Positions 1 to 10,231 of a DNA stretch of 43,658 nt are shown piece by piece; the stretch's first letter is position 1, and each line of letters begins with the position of its first letter. Origin of the DNA: Candidatus Dojkabacteria bacterium UBA2177. Lineage in GTDB: Bacteria > Patescibacteriota > Dojkabacteria > SC72. The stretch is taken from contig DCVX01000032.1 in NCBI GenBank assembly GCA_002328805.1, forward strand, positions 1-43,658. Reading direction: 5' to 3'. Made by a program: the position numbers and the translations under genes. Below the pieces are notes generated by a model. It saw only the letters and a program-made list of their open reading frames with translations. It was not told the DNA's origin and did no database searches.

Positions 1-52
1 TACCCTTTAAATCTAACGCTTCCCCCTGATTACTTACACCCTCTTCCTGCAT
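1..52 (-). CDS. Possible 5' end of a gene running off the window edge (MQEEGVSNQGEALDLKG...)
   Basis: ATG at 52 on the minus strand, open to the window edge, downstream of glmS; too short to identify. Confidence 0.35.
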   Translation of the reverse strand, partial: MQEEGVSNQGEALDLKG

Positions 53-118
53 ATTCTTAATGATAGAAATTATTTAAATAATAGATTAAATATATCTACA
101 TTGTAAAGTAAATCTTAA

Positions 119-1909
119 CTATTTAACAGTAACAGATTTTGCAAGATTCCTAGGCTTATCTATATTATTCCCCAGTAACACAGACAGAAAGTAAGAAATT
201 AATTGAAAAGGAATAACATTAGCTATACTTCCTAGTGTATTAATTTGAGGTGTAGAAATGTAATAGTCAAAAATCTCTAAACCAGAATATTCAGAAGCTC
301 CAATACCAATTGTTAATGCTCCCCTAGCCTTCACCTGCTCCATACCACTTATTAGATCCTTATTATCTTCCCTGTGCTCCTCAGAAGGTATTATCCCAAT
401 AACAGGAGTCCCCTTCTCTATTAAAGCAATTACACCGTGTTTTAACTCTCCAGCAGAGAAACCCTCCACATGCTTGTAGGATATCTCCTTTATTTTAAGA
501 GCCCCCTCGTAGGCTATAGAGGCATTCTCCCCCTTCCCTAATATGAAGAAGTGTTCTTTATCTACTAGGGTCTTACATATTTTATTTTTAATATAGCTAA
601 AAGATTTTTTAGTAAACATCTCATCCAAAGACCTTGAAAGCTTCTTTAATTTACTCTTTGCTGTCCTATGCTTACCTATTAAAGTCATAGAAAGAAGATA
701 ACCCCAAGCACACTGTGCAGTAAAAACCTTAGTAGATGCTACACATATCTCTGGCCCAGCATTAGTGTAATATTCATAATCCGACATCCTTGAAATAGTA
801 GTCCCATACATATTTACAATACTAGCTATCTTACAACCCTTCTTTTTGAGTACTTCCAAAGGTTCTATGGTATCTGCAGTCTCACCGCTTTGAGAGATTG
901 CAATAATTAAATCCTTCGAAGATATAACAGGAAGATAAGATTTAAACTCATAACTCTTAATCTCCATTGCATCAACATTTGCAATAGTTCTTAGGAAGAA
1001 AGCAATCTGTCCTGCAGCAAAACCTGCAGTCCCAGCACCCAAAAGATATACCTTCCTAGATCTCTTTATCTGTTTTACAAGAGGCTCTAGTTCTTTCTCA
1101 CTATAATCCGTAGCATAAAGAATAGTCTTTTGTTGCTCAACTATCTCTTTAAGCATAAAGTGAGGATACTTCCCCTTATCTATATCCTCATACTGATACT
1201 TCAAAGTCTTAACCTCTGGTTTCTTTCTCTTTCCGTCTTTTATGTTACTAATAACATGATCCTTCCCGTTTATCTCAACCATGTCATAGTCATCTAGCAC
1301 AACAATTTTTTTAGTATGTGGTGAAAAGGAAAGAGAATCTGAAGCAAGATATATTCCATCCTTTGCGACACCCAAAACTAAAGGAGAGCCATTCTTTATG
1401 GCATAAATCTTGTTACTTTTAGCATCTAGCAGAGCAACAGTATTCCTTCCCTCAAGTTTCTTAAAGGCACTTGTTAGCGCTTTCTTTAGAGAGATACCTT
1501 TCTTCAGTTCTTTCTCTATCATTTTTACAATAACCTCAGTATCTGTCTGAGACTTAAAGGTGCAACCCTCTTCTTTTAATTCCTTCTTAAGAGTGTCAAA
1601 GTTCTCTACCATTCCATTCTGAACCAAAGTGAAATCCTTGCTTGTAGATATATGTGGATGAGCGTTATTTTTCGTAACGCCTCCATGAGTTGCCCATCTG
1701 GTATGTCCTATACCCACATTACTTTTTGGAAGTTTCTTAAGTTTCGGGTTTTGTTGGACTAGACCAATATCTTTGTATTGGTGTATTTTATTTTTATCTA
1801 AAACCGCAATACCCCATGAGTCGTAACCCCTATACTCTAGTCTTTTTAAACCATTAAATACCAAATCGTTCGTGTTCTTGCTTCCTGAATAGCCGAATAT
1901 GCCACACAT
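119..1909 (-). CDS. glmS: Glutamine--fructose-6-phosphate aminotransferase
   Basis: MCGIFG N-terminus, EYRGYDS, GHTRWATHG, SQSGETADT, ELKHG, C-terminal PRNLAKSVT. Confidence 0.98.
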   Translation of the reverse strand: MCGIFGYSGSKNTNDLVFNGLKRLEYRGYDSWGIAVLDKNKIHQYKDIGLVQQNPKLKKLPKSNVGIGHTRWATHGGVTKNNAHPHISTSKDFTLVQNGMVENFDTLKKELKEEGCTFKSQTDTEVIVKMIEKELKKGISLKKALTSAFKKLEGRNTVALLDAKSNKIYAIKNGSPLVLGVAKDGIYLASDSLSFSPHTKKIVVLDDYDMVEINGKDHVISNIKDGKRKKPEVKTLKYQYEDIDKGKYPHFMLKEIVEQQKTILYATDYSEKELEPLVKQIKRSRKVYLLGAGTAGFAAGQIAFFLRTIANVDAMEIKSYEFKSYLPVISSKDLIIAISQSGETADTIEPLEVLKKKGCKIASIVNMYGTTISRMSDYEYYTNAGPEICVASTKVFTAQCAWGYLLSMTLIGKHRTAKSKLKKLSRSLDEMFTKKSFSYIKNKICKTLVDKEHFFILGKGENASIAYEGALKIKEISYKHVEGFSAGELKHGVIALIEKGTPVIGIIPSEEHREDNKDLISGMEQVKARGALTIGIGASEYSGLEIFDYYISTPQINTLGSIANVIPFQLISYFLSVLLGNNIDKPRNLAKSVTVK

Positions 1910-1943
1910 AATAGTGTTAGAAATCTAAGTTTAAATCTGTGAG

Positions 1944-2072
1944 GGATTGGTGGTTAAAATTTTGTTAGTTTGTTTATAACCTTTAGGCTAACAATATAGC
2001 CTAGGAGTATCCGCTGATATCTCGATGACTCCTGCCTCGTAGCAATGTCCTTAACATTGCCCAGCCGCTTTG
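1944..2072 (-). ncRNA. glmS ribozyme (GlcN6P-activated), variant core
   Basis: Minus strand reads AAGCGGCUGG-P1(GCAAUGU/ACAUUGC)-UACGAGG-CAGGAG-UCAUCGAGAUAUCAGCGGAU-ACUCCU-P3(AGGCUA/UAGCCU)-AAA-P4(GGUUA/UAACC)-ACCAAU, directly upstream of glmS. Confidence 0.88.
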
Positions 2073-2092
2073 ATGTTAAATACCCTAGATAT

Positions 2093-2120
2093 ATATTACA
2101 GGTTTAAAACTGAAGGTCAA
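2093..2120 (-). promoter_or_regulatory. Putative sigma70 promoter for the ribozyme-glmS transcript
   Basis: TTGACC (2120-2115), 16-bp spacer, TAATAT (2098-2093). Confidence 0.45.
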
Positions 2121-2177
2121 GGATTTATAAACTTAGTGTGTGCTGACTTTTATTTTTCTTGCTATTATATATTTACT

Positions 2178-2876
2178 ATGTTCAACATATTTAAAAATCT
2201 CTTTTCTACAGATTCCTCTACATCCTTTTACTCCTTTTACAAAAAGATGGTTAGTTGGAGAGAAAGTGGTGTTTACCCATTCCCATACAATCTCCCTTCC
2301 TCCATAACCTTCCCGAAAGAATTTTGGAAAGACGTATTAAGGATATATAAGGAGACAGACCGAGATGGCTTGGAGAGGGCTATAGCCCTTTTCTGGGCAG
2401 ATGGAGAGTTAGTTCTTACCTCTGTTGTTAAAGGAGACGACCAATCTGTGAGAAGTAGCCATGATGTAAGAGTCCACTATGTTGTTCATCCTACTAGACA
2501 GGGTTATCTTAGAAGAGAACTCATGATAGATGGTAAAGTTACAAAGAGAACAGATGTTTACTACAAAAAAGCTCCAAAGAAAGTAACTGTGGAATATCTA
2601 TTTAATATGCATACACACCCTGCACAAGAGTTTAATGGGAAGAAGTTATATGGTTTCTTCTCCCTACAAGACATTAAATCTCTAATACTCTCTCAAGCTG
2701 TAGTTACGGGTCTGGTAACAGATAAACTGTGGTTGTTAGTTAGAACAAGTGAGACACCTGCAAATGTTAAATTCGAGAACTTTACAGATGCAGATGTAAC
2801 TATAGAAAATCTTAAGGAGCAGTTTAAACTAGGAGTATATGAAGCAGAATTCAACAAAGAAGCAATTAAGAAATAA
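2178..2876 (+). CDS. Hypothetical protein with JAB/MPN-like metal motif
   Basis: E(RAIAL)...HTHP...FSLQD; start moved to ATG 2178 because the longer ORF overlaps the glmS promoter and ribozyme. Confidence 0.7.
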   Translation: MFNIFKNLFSTDSSTSFYSFYKKMVSWRESGVYPFPYNLPSSITFPKEFWKDVLRIYKETDRDGLERAIALFWADGELVLTSVVKGDDQSVRSSHDVRVHYVVHPTRQGYLRRELMIDGKVTKRTDVYYKKAPKKVTVEYLFNMHTHPAQEFNGKKLYGFFSLQDIKSLILSQAVVTGLVTDKLWLLVRTSETPANVKFENFTDADVTIENLKEQFKLGVYEAEFNKEAIKK

Positions 2877-3651
2877 TATCCTAAAAGACCTTAAAAAAGT
2901 TTCCTCTAAAGAGAGGGCTACTGGGTCACAGAGATTTTTCAAAACAGGTAAAGGAGAATATGGTCAGGGAGATGTTTTTGTTGGAATAAGAACTCCAGAG
3001 ATAAGGAAGATTTCTAAAAAGTATCTGGAATATTTGGATTTAGGAGACTTAGATTTCTTTCTTCATAATAAGACACATGAATACAGATTATTCGCCCTTA
3101 TAACTCTAACCTATATGTACCACAGAACAGGGAGAATAAAGGACTGTTCTAAGAAACAAGGGGAAAGAGAGGACATATTCAATTATTACCTAGAAAACAG
3201 GGAGTGGATCAACAATTGGGACTTAATAGATGTATCTGCACCTAAAATTGTAGGAGAGTTTCTTAAAGACAAGGGGAGAGGAGAAGGGAAAAGGAAAGAA
3301 AGAGATATTCTCTACAATCTTGTTAAGAGCGACAATCTTTGGGACCAAAGAATTGCAATTGTATCTACATATACATTTATTAAACAGGGAGATTTTGAAG
3401 ATATTTTGAAGTTTTCTAAGTTGCTTATTCATCACGAACATGACTTAATACATAAAGCTTTAGGCTGGATGTTAAGAGAGGTTGGGAAGAAGGACGAAAC
3501 TGTTTTAAAAACTTTTTTGGATAATTATGCAAATAAAATACCAAGAACAATGTTAAGGTATTCCATAGAAAGACTTGATGAAAGAGAGAAGAAAAAATAT
3601 TTAAATATGTCGATGGAAACAAAACATCTTGATTTCAGAAGAGATTTTTAG
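2839..3651 (+). CDS. DNA alkylation repair protein (AlkD-like HEAT-repeat glycosylase family)
   Basis: FFKTGKGEYGQGDVF, NNWDLID, W.QR, DLIHKALGWMLREVGK, PRTMLRYSIE. Confidence 0.9.
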   Translation: MKQNSTKKQLRNNILKDLKKVSSKERATGSQRFFKTGKGEYGQGDVFVGIRTPEIRKISKKYLEYLDLGDLDFFLHNKTHEYRLFALITLTYMYHRTGRIKDCSKKQGEREDIFNYYLENREWINNWDLIDVSAPKIVGEFLKDKGRGEGKRKERDILYNLVKSDNLWDQRIAIVSTYTFIKQGDFEDILKFSKLLIHHEHDLIHKALGWMLREVGKKDETVLKTFLDNYANKIPRTMLRYSIERLDEREKKKYLNMSMETKHLDFRRDF

Positions 3652-3656
3652 AATTC

Positions 3657-3685
3657 TTGACATGTCTATCTGCTTTAGATAGATT
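3657..3685 (+). promoter_or_regulatory. Putative sigma70 promoter of pyrG
   Basis: TTGACA-17 bp-TAGATT; overlapped by the inverted repeat TCTATCT-N5-AGATAGA. Confidence 0.6.
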
Positions 3686-3713
3686 GATTAATAACCTCAA
3701 ATACTACTAGTAC

Positions 3714-5378
3714 ATGTCAAAATTTATCTTTATCTCTGGTGGTGTAATTTCTGGAATTGGGAAGGGTGTTTCCGCTGCTTCAATAGGTTTTCTCCTCAAA
3801 GCTTGTGGTAGGAAAATCAGCATGATTAAGGCAGATCCTTATCTCAATATCGATGCGGGGACTATGAACCCTCTCGAGCATGGAGAGACCTTTGTTTTAG
3901 ATGACGGTTTTGAAACAGATATGGATATAGGGACATACGAGAGGTTTACGAATCAATCGTTTGGTAGATCCAATTCTATGACGCTAGGAGCTGTTTTAGA
4001 CAGAGTCATTAAGAAAGAGAGATCTCTTGAGTTTGATGGCAAATGGGTAAGTTTAGATCATCATATTCCAGAGAACATAGTGGAGTGGATAACAGAAGTT
4101 GCAAAAAAAGAAAAGTCAGATATCACCATTATTGAAATAGGAGGAACTGTCGGAGAAGTTGGTAATGGACTTATGCTTACTGCAAATAAATTCATGAAGC
4201 TCTCTAACCCTAAGGACGTTATACATGTACACGTAACATATCTTCCTATCCCTCCAATGTTGGGAGAGATGAAGACTAAACCAGCACAGTTATCTGTTCA
4301 GCAACTTAATAGTTATGGTATTCATCCAGACTTTATAATTGCAAGATCTGAACAACCTCTAGACCAAGAGAGGATTGATAAAATTAGCAAGTACTGTTTT
4401 ATCCCTTCCTCTCACGTGATATCGGCTCCAGACATAGATTGTATCTATGACATTCCACTAAACTTTGGGAAGGCCAATCTTGGGGAGGAGATTCTAGATG
4501 CCCTTAATATGGAGAGGGGAAAAACGCCACTCTATCCTAACTGGAAAAAGAAGGTTAAGAAAATAAAAAATCCTAAAAAGAAGTTAAACATTGGAATAAT
4601 AGGGAAATATTACAAAAGCGGGGATTTTGATCTAAAGGATTCATATGTTTCTGTTTTAGAAGCAATAAACCATGCTTCATGGGAGAATTCTGTAGAACCT
4701 ACAATCCATTGGATAGTTGCAGATGGCTTAGAGAAGGACAAGAAAAAACAGGAAGAAATATTAAAGATGGATGGTATTATTGTTCCTCAGGGTTGGGGTT
4801 CTAGGGGGTCTGAAGGAAAGATTAAAGCTGTCCAGATTGCTAGAGAGAATAAGATTCCCTACTTAGGTCTCTGTTATGGTATGCAGATGGCCACTATTGA
4901 ATATGCTAGAAATGTTCTAGGTCTAAAAGATGCTAATTCCCAAGAAGTTGATTCTAAATCTCAGAATCAGGTTATACATCTAATGAAGGAACAACAAGAG
5001 TTATTAAAGAACAAAGAATATGGAGGGACTATTCGTCTAGGAGCTTGGCCATGTAGGTTAGATAAGGATTCTGTTGTTTACGAACAATATAAAAAATATA
5101 AGAATAATCTTTATACAAAACTCCCTGTTGTTATGGAAAGGCACAGACATAGATATGAATTTAATAATGAATATAGGGAAATTTTTGAGAAATCAGATTT
5201 TAAGTTATGTGGTAAGAGTCCAGATGGTATGCTAATTGAAGCTATAGAACTTCCAAAGGAAGTGCATCCATTTTTTGTTGGAACGCAGTATCACCCAGAA
5301 TTAAAGAGTAGATTCTTAGAACCACATCCTTTATTTATGGGTTTTATAGAAGCAAGTTTGAATAAAAATAGTAACTAA
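3714..5378 (+). CDS. pyrG: CTP synthase
   Basis: GGVISGIGKG, DPYLNIDAGTMNPLEHGE, KTKP.Q, GLCYGMQ, ERHRHRYE, QYHPE. Confidence 0.98.
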   Translation: MSKFIFISGGVISGIGKGVSAASIGFLLKACGRKISMIKADPYLNIDAGTMNPLEHGETFVLDDGFETDMDIGTYERFTNQSFGRSNSMTLGAVLDRVIKKERSLEFDGKWVSLDHHIPENIVEWITEVAKKEKSDITIIEIGGTVGEVGNGLMLTANKFMKLSNPKDVIHVHVTYLPIPPMLGEMKTKPAQLSVQQLNSYGIHPDFIIARSEQPLDQERIDKISKYCFIPSSHVISAPDIDCIYDIPLNFGKANLGEEILDALNMERGKTPLYPNWKKKVKKIKNPKKKLNIGIIGKYYKSGDFDLKDSYVSVLEAINHASWENSVEPTIHWIVADGLEKDKKKQEEILKMDGIIVPQGWGSRGSEGKIKAVQIARENKIPYLGLCYGMQMATIEYARNVLGLKDANSQEVDSKSQNQVIHLMKEQQELLKNKEYGGTIRLGAWPCRLDKDSVVYEQYKKYKNNLYTKLPVVMERHRHRYEFNNEYREIFEKSDFKLCGKSPDGMLIEAIELPKEVHPFFVGTQYHPELKSRFLEPHPLFMGFIEASLNKNSN

Positions 5379-5452
5379 GAAGGAGAGATTTCAAAAGAAC
5401 AATATTTTAAAGATGGATATCTCTATAATGTTCTCTGTTACTTGAGGGTTTT

Positions 5453-7561
5453 CTATTTAGCTACATAAAACTTAGCATCAACTACAACTGCTCTGTCTTC
5501 TGTTATCATCACAGGGTTTATATCCATACTAACAATCTCTGGATAAGATACAAGAAGTTTTTGTATAGACATAATTAGCTCTATAATCTTTTCTCTTGGT
5601 AGAGCTGGTTTTCCACGATACCCATCTATTATCTCAGAGATCTTTGTTTTAGAGAGAATAACATCTATCTTTTCTCTGTTCTCGGGAACAAGTATATGCC
5701 TTATATCTTTATAAACCTCCGTATATATTCCCCCCTGTCCTACTGCAAGAAGATGTCCAAAACCTCTTCCATCTTTTTCATAAATATCTACACCACCCTC
5801 TCTATTTGCACCAATAAAAAATTCCAACTTACCAGGAATCATTTCCTGAATTAGGATTTTAGGAGCTACATTCCCAGTTGTTTTAATCACAGTCTCTTTT
5901 AATTCTTGGTACTTCTCTTCAAATTCACCAATATTCCTAATGTCTAAATAAAGAGCTTTGAAGTCTGTTTTGTGTGCTAAATCTTCAGAAGTTGCCTTAA
6001 TAGCCACAGGAAAAATAGTAGAAGCAAAATCCCTACCCTGCTCTAGACTACTGACGACCTGTTGCCTAGGAATATCTATGCCAAATTCTTCAAGGATTTT
6101 AATTCCTAATTCATCTGGGATGACATTACTTTTATCTGGAATTATCTCTTTGTTTATCTCCTCTTTGTATTTGGTTTTTTTGAAGTAATCATCGGAATTC
6201 ACAATTTTTGTTAACTCTTTGTTCTCTTCAAATTCCACCAACTTAGAAATGAGCCTTATAGCCTCTTGGATATCTTTAAACCAAGGTGCATTTGCTTCTT
6301 CTAATATCCTTATTCCTGCTCTTATGTCTTTTCCTCCAAGGAAGCAGGAGAATATTGGTTTAGAAGTCTTCTTCATTAGTTCTGTAATTACATTTGCCGT
6401 TGCCTCTATTTCAGTAATAAGCTGTGGTGTTAGGATTACAAGAATACTGTCTACAGAAATTTCGTTCAGAAGTTCTGTAATGGTTCCTTGATATCTATCA
6501 CTTTTTGCATCTCCGAGAATGTCTACAGGATTTTTAATGTTTGCCTCTGGTGGAAGTATCTTAAGAAGCTTCTGTCTTGTTTTCTCCCCTATCTCTGGAA
6601 CTTCCATATCTTTTTTTTCTATCATATCTACAGCAATTACTCCTGGTCCCCCTGCATTAGACACAATTCCTATTCCTTTCCCTGTGGGGATTATATCTGA
6701 GTCTATTAACCGCATGAGTTTAAAGAGTTCATCTGAGTTCTCTGTGTATATCATATTGCCCTTCTTTATTGCTGCAATGGTTGTGTCAAAAGAGGATGCA
6801 AGAGAGCCTGTGTGGGAAGAGATTGCTTCTTGTGCTTTTTTAGAACTTCCTGGTGCGATTAGTAATATTGGTTTCTTTGCTTTCTGAGATAAGGTGACAA
6901 ATTCTTTTCCATCACTAAACCCTTCTAGGTAAAGAGCAATAGCTTTAATATTGTTATCTGCAACAAACTGTTCCATTAATTCATTCTCATGGATATCAGC
7001 TTTATTTCCTATGGATACAACATGAGAGAAACCCAATCCTTTCTCACATGCCATATCTAATATTGCTGTACAGAAAGCCCCAGATTGTGAGATGAATGCT
7101 ATCTTTCCATCTCCAGGGTTCTCTCTTGCAAATGTAAGGTTGATTTTAGCTTTATTGTTTATAAAGCCAAGACAATTAGGTCCTATTAAACGAATGCTCT
7201 CTCTTTTTAATTTTGTACTTATTCTTTCTTCTAATTCCGCTCCTTCAGGACCAACTTCGCCAAATCCAGCAGATATTATTACTACACTCTTTACTTTCTT
7301 TTCAACACATTGGTCAACGACATCCTCTACGAATTGATGAGGAATTGCTATACAAACCATATCTACATCTTCGGGAATAGATAGAACATTAGGATAAACT
7401 TTTCGACCTTGCAGTTCCTCATACTTAGGGTTAACAGGATATATTTTCCCATTGTATCCACCATTAATTAAGTTTTTGAGAATTACAGAACTTATCTTCT
7501 CTGAATCTTGGGAAACACCTACTATGGCTATGGATTTAGGTGAAAGTATTGATGACTCCAT
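5453..7561 (-). CDS. Acetate/acyl-CoA ligase (ADP-forming), fused alpha+beta
   Basis: CoA-binding N-domain, GPNCLG, SQSG, SSHTGSLA phospho-His, NPVDILGDA, ATP-grasp AHKTD...DINP. Confidence 0.92.
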   Translation of the reverse strand: MESSILSPKSIAIVGVSQDSEKISSVILKNLINGGYNGKIYPVNPKYEELQGRKVYPNVLSIPEDVDMVCIAIPHQFVEDVVDQCVEKKVKSVVIISAGFGEVGPEGAELEERISTKLKRESIRLIGPNCLGFINNKAKINLTFARENPGDGKIAFISQSGAFCTAILDMACEKGLGFSHVVSIGNKADIHENELMEQFVADNNIKAIALYLEGFSDGKEFVTLSQKAKKPILLIAPGSSKKAQEAISSHTGSLASSFDTTIAAIKKGNMIYTENSDELFKLMRLIDSDIIPTGKGIGIVSNAGGPGVIAVDMIEKKDMEVPEIGEKTRQKLLKILPPEANIKNPVDILGDAKSDRYQGTITELLNEISVDSILVILTPQLITEIEATANVITELMKKTSKPIFSCFLGGKDIRAGIRILEEANAPWFKDIQEAIRLISKLVEFEENKELTKIVNSDDYFKKTKYKEEINKEIIPDKSNVIPDELGIKILEEFGIDIPRQQVVSSLEQGRDFASTIFPVAIKATSEDLAHKTDFKALYLDIRNIGEFEEKYQELKETVIKTTGNVAPKILIQEMIPGKLEFFIGANREGGVDIYEKDGRGFGHLLAVGQGGIYTEVYKDIRHILVPENREKIDVILSKTKISEIIDGYRGKPALPREKIIELIMSIQKLLVSYPEIVSMDINPVMITEDRAVVVDAKFYVAK

Positions 7562-7564
7562 TTG

Positions 7565-8431
7565 TTATTCAAAATATTTTAAAAGTTTTTTAATATCGTG
7601 TGTTTTAACTTCATCAACAAGTTCGGTTATGGAATTCTTTCTACATTCTAATGAATCATAGAATGTGGGAAGGTTCTTGTTCTGATAGATTATACCAGTA
7701 TATAGGGGAGAATTGTTAGTTAACACACTTCTTGCACTTTCTATGGAATTGGCATTGTAATCCTCCACTTCTTTAATTTCCTTTATATTTGCTTTAGCCC
7801 ATTCTGGTGTGAACTCCCTATTATATGTTGGGCAAAGCTGTAGGATTTCTACAATACTACAGCCCTTGTTTTCTATTGCAGACTTGAAAATTTCTCCCAT
7901 TTGGAAGGGGTTGCCTGAATAAGCTCTGGCATAAAATGATGGGTCTAGATTTAATATAAATTCGGAAATGTTAATATTTCTTTCAGGAGTTCCATCAGGT
8001 AATCCATACATTGGTTTGTTTTTGGGAGTGCTTACAGTAGCTTGTCCGGTTGTAAGTGCAAAATTCGCATTGTTGTGGATTAAGATTGTTATATTGTAAT
8101 TAGATCTAATAGTATGAACTAAGTGATCCAATCCCTCATGAAAACATCCTCCATCCCCAATGTCTGCTATTGCTGTCATTCTTCTATTCGCAAGGTGTGC
8201 TCCAACTGCCAAAGGTATTGACCTCCCGTGTAATCCCTTAAAACCATATGAGTTTATTAAGTCTGCACCATTACCGTTACAACCGATGTCAAAAGAGACG
8301 AAAACTTCTGTAGGGGATATATCTAATTCAGATAGGGCCTTTTTCAAGGAAGCATGTATTGCAAAATTTCCACACCCTGGACACCAAGTTGGGATATTTG
8401 GCAAATTGTAGTCTGTTATTTTTACACCCAT
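7565..8431 (-). CDS. 2-oxoacid:ferredoxin oxidoreductase beta subunit
   Basis: WCPGCG, IGC, LHGR, TPP-binding GDG...NN, LTTGQ, LQLCPT. Confidence 0.93.
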   Translation of the reverse strand: MGVKITDYNLPNIPTWCPGCGNFAIHASLKKALSELDISPTEVFVSFDIGCNGNGADLINSYGFKGLHGRSIPLAVGAHLANRRMTAIADIGDGGCFHEGLDHLVHTIRSNYNITILIHNNANFALTTGQATVSTPKNKPMYGLPDGTPERNINISEFILNLDPSFYARAYSGNPFQMGEIFKSAIENKGCSIVEILQLCPTYNREFTPEWAKANIKEIKEVEDYNANSIESARSVLTNNSPLYTGIIYQNKNLPTFYDSLECRKNSITELVDEVKTHDIKKLLKYFE

Positions 8432-10159
8432 TTAATTTTTTAAGAAATCTAAAATATCTTCTACAAAGAATGGTCTCCCATCATACTTCAAAAGCCTCTC
8501 TTTAAATTCATACCCAATATTTTCTTTAATATAATTACCTAATTGTCCTGCCTGGTTATTTTCAACTAAGACTAGTCTCTTATTTGCAACTATTAACTCT
8601 TCCAGTTTCTCTGTTTTAAGAGGGGAGATATATTCATAATGTAGATAGCCTATCTTCCTAGAGTCTTTCTCTATTTCAATTGCATCTAAGACGGCATTTT
8701 TTACACTCCCCCATCCTACAAAGAACAAATTAGCATTTTTATCTCCATACAGAGTTGGTTCTGGTAATTCTTTTGCTAGAATTTCTAATTTTCTTAATCT
8801 TTTATTTGTCATTGCTATTGTTTCTTCTGAGTCTTCTGTGCTAGATCCGTCTTCTGAATGTTCATCACTATTTGCTAAGTAGGGTTTCTTCTCCTTGGAG
8901 GGAATCCATCTGGGAGATATGCCAGTATCTGTTATTTGGTATCTTTGTATATCATTTTCTACCTTATCTACTAATCCTCTTTCAATTCTCTCAACTCTAG
9001 GCATCTCTTTGAAATTGAAGATTGATTCAGAGATTTGCTTTTCCATCAGGAGTATGACTGGTAATTGATAAACTTCGGCAATATTAAGAGCCTTCTGGAT
9101 GAGTGTATAAGATGATTTAGCATCGCTTGTCGCTATAACTACCCTTGGAAATTCTCCATGGCTTGCTTTAAGTGCTACATTTAGATCTGATGCACCTGTC
9201 CAAGTTGGTAGTCCTGTTGCTGCGCCAGTTCTTTGGGATAATATAACAACAAGAGGTGTTTCAGACATCCCTGCACAGGAGATAGTTTCAGACATGAGGT
9301 CAAATCCTCCTCCTGAGGTAGCTACTAGTGCACGAGTCCCCATGTACATACTTCCCATTGCCATTTGGACTGCTGTAATTTCATTCTCTGCTTGTTTAAC
9401 TAAAATCCCAGTTTCTTGGGCGTTATCCCCTAGATATTTAAATATTGAGGTTGAGGGGGTCATCGGGTAGGCATAGTAAGCTCTAACACCGGCGGAAATT
9501 GCTCCTAAACCAATTGCCTGATTGCCAGTCATTACATAACTGTTGTTATTGTTAAACAACTCTTTTTTAGGAACATCTATTTTCTTGGCATATTCTGGTC
9601 TGAATGTAGCAGAATCATAGCCGGCTCTTATACACTTTTCTTCAGCTTCAAGATCAATATTTTTATTTTCAAAGTGTTTTAGTACAACATTTACTAATGT
9701 CTCCACTTCTAACTCTAGAATTCTCCACAGGAAGCCAAGCATAACAACATTGGACATAATCTTTGTCCCTCCAGCTTCAAGAGCTATGTTCTCAGAATCA
9801 AGAAATATTGAGGAAATGTTTTTCTTTTCTATATATAGTTTCTGCTCATCTGTAAGAGTAATATCTTTTTGGTCGTAGACAATAATTCCGTTCTCTTTAA
9901 CATCTTTTAAATATTCATTTAAAGAACTAGGTGTGAAAGCAAGGAGTATGTTGCAATATTTTGAAGAAGAATTAATTTCTTTGTTTGACAAGTCTACTTG
10001 GTAAGAAGCAACACCTCCTTTTATTAAGGATGGATACTCTCTGTAGGCAAAAACTCTCTGCCCATCTCTCTTGAGTGCTCTAACAAGTAAAACCCCTATT
10101 GTGTTTATTCCTTGTCCAGATGCCCCACCAAATTTTACAGAAACTCTCTGAGTCTGCAT
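8432..10159 (-). CDS. 2-oxoacid:ferredoxin oxidoreductase alpha subunit (gamma-alpha fusion)
   Basis: GGASGQG, YPSLIKGG, YPMTPS, QAENEI, TSGGGF, TGLPT, GWGS, KYDGRPF. Confidence 0.94.
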   Translation of the reverse strand: MQTQRVSVKFGGASGQGINTIGVLLVRALKRDGQRVFAYREYPSLIKGGVASYQVDLSNKEINSSSKYCNILLAFTPSSLNEYLKDVKENGIIVYDQKDITLTDEQKLYIEKKNISSIFLDSENIALEAGGTKIMSNVVMLGFLWRILELEVETLVNVVLKHFENKNIDLEAEEKCIRAGYDSATFRPEYAKKIDVPKKELFNNNNSYVMTGNQAIGLGAISAGVRAYYAYPMTPSTSIFKYLGDNAQETGILVKQAENEITAVQMAMGSMYMGTRALVATSGGGFDLMSETISCAGMSETPLVVILSQRTGAATGLPTWTGASDLNVALKASHGEFPRVVIATSDAKSSYTLIQKALNIAEVYQLPVILLMEKQISESIFNFKEMPRVERIERGLVDKVENDIQRYQITDTGISPRWIPSKEKKPYLANSDEHSEDGSSTEDSEETIAMTNKRLRKLEILAKELPEPTLYGDKNANLFFVGWGSVKNAVLDAIEIEKDSRKIGYLHYEYISPLKTEKLEELIVANKRLVLVENNQAGQLGNYIKENIGYEFKERLLKYDGRPFFVEDILDFLKN

Positions 10160-10231
10160 GTTGTTTTAATATACTTGATGTCGTTTAATATGTAAACTCT
10201 CAACCTGATTTGATTTGAAATTCTGGTTGTT

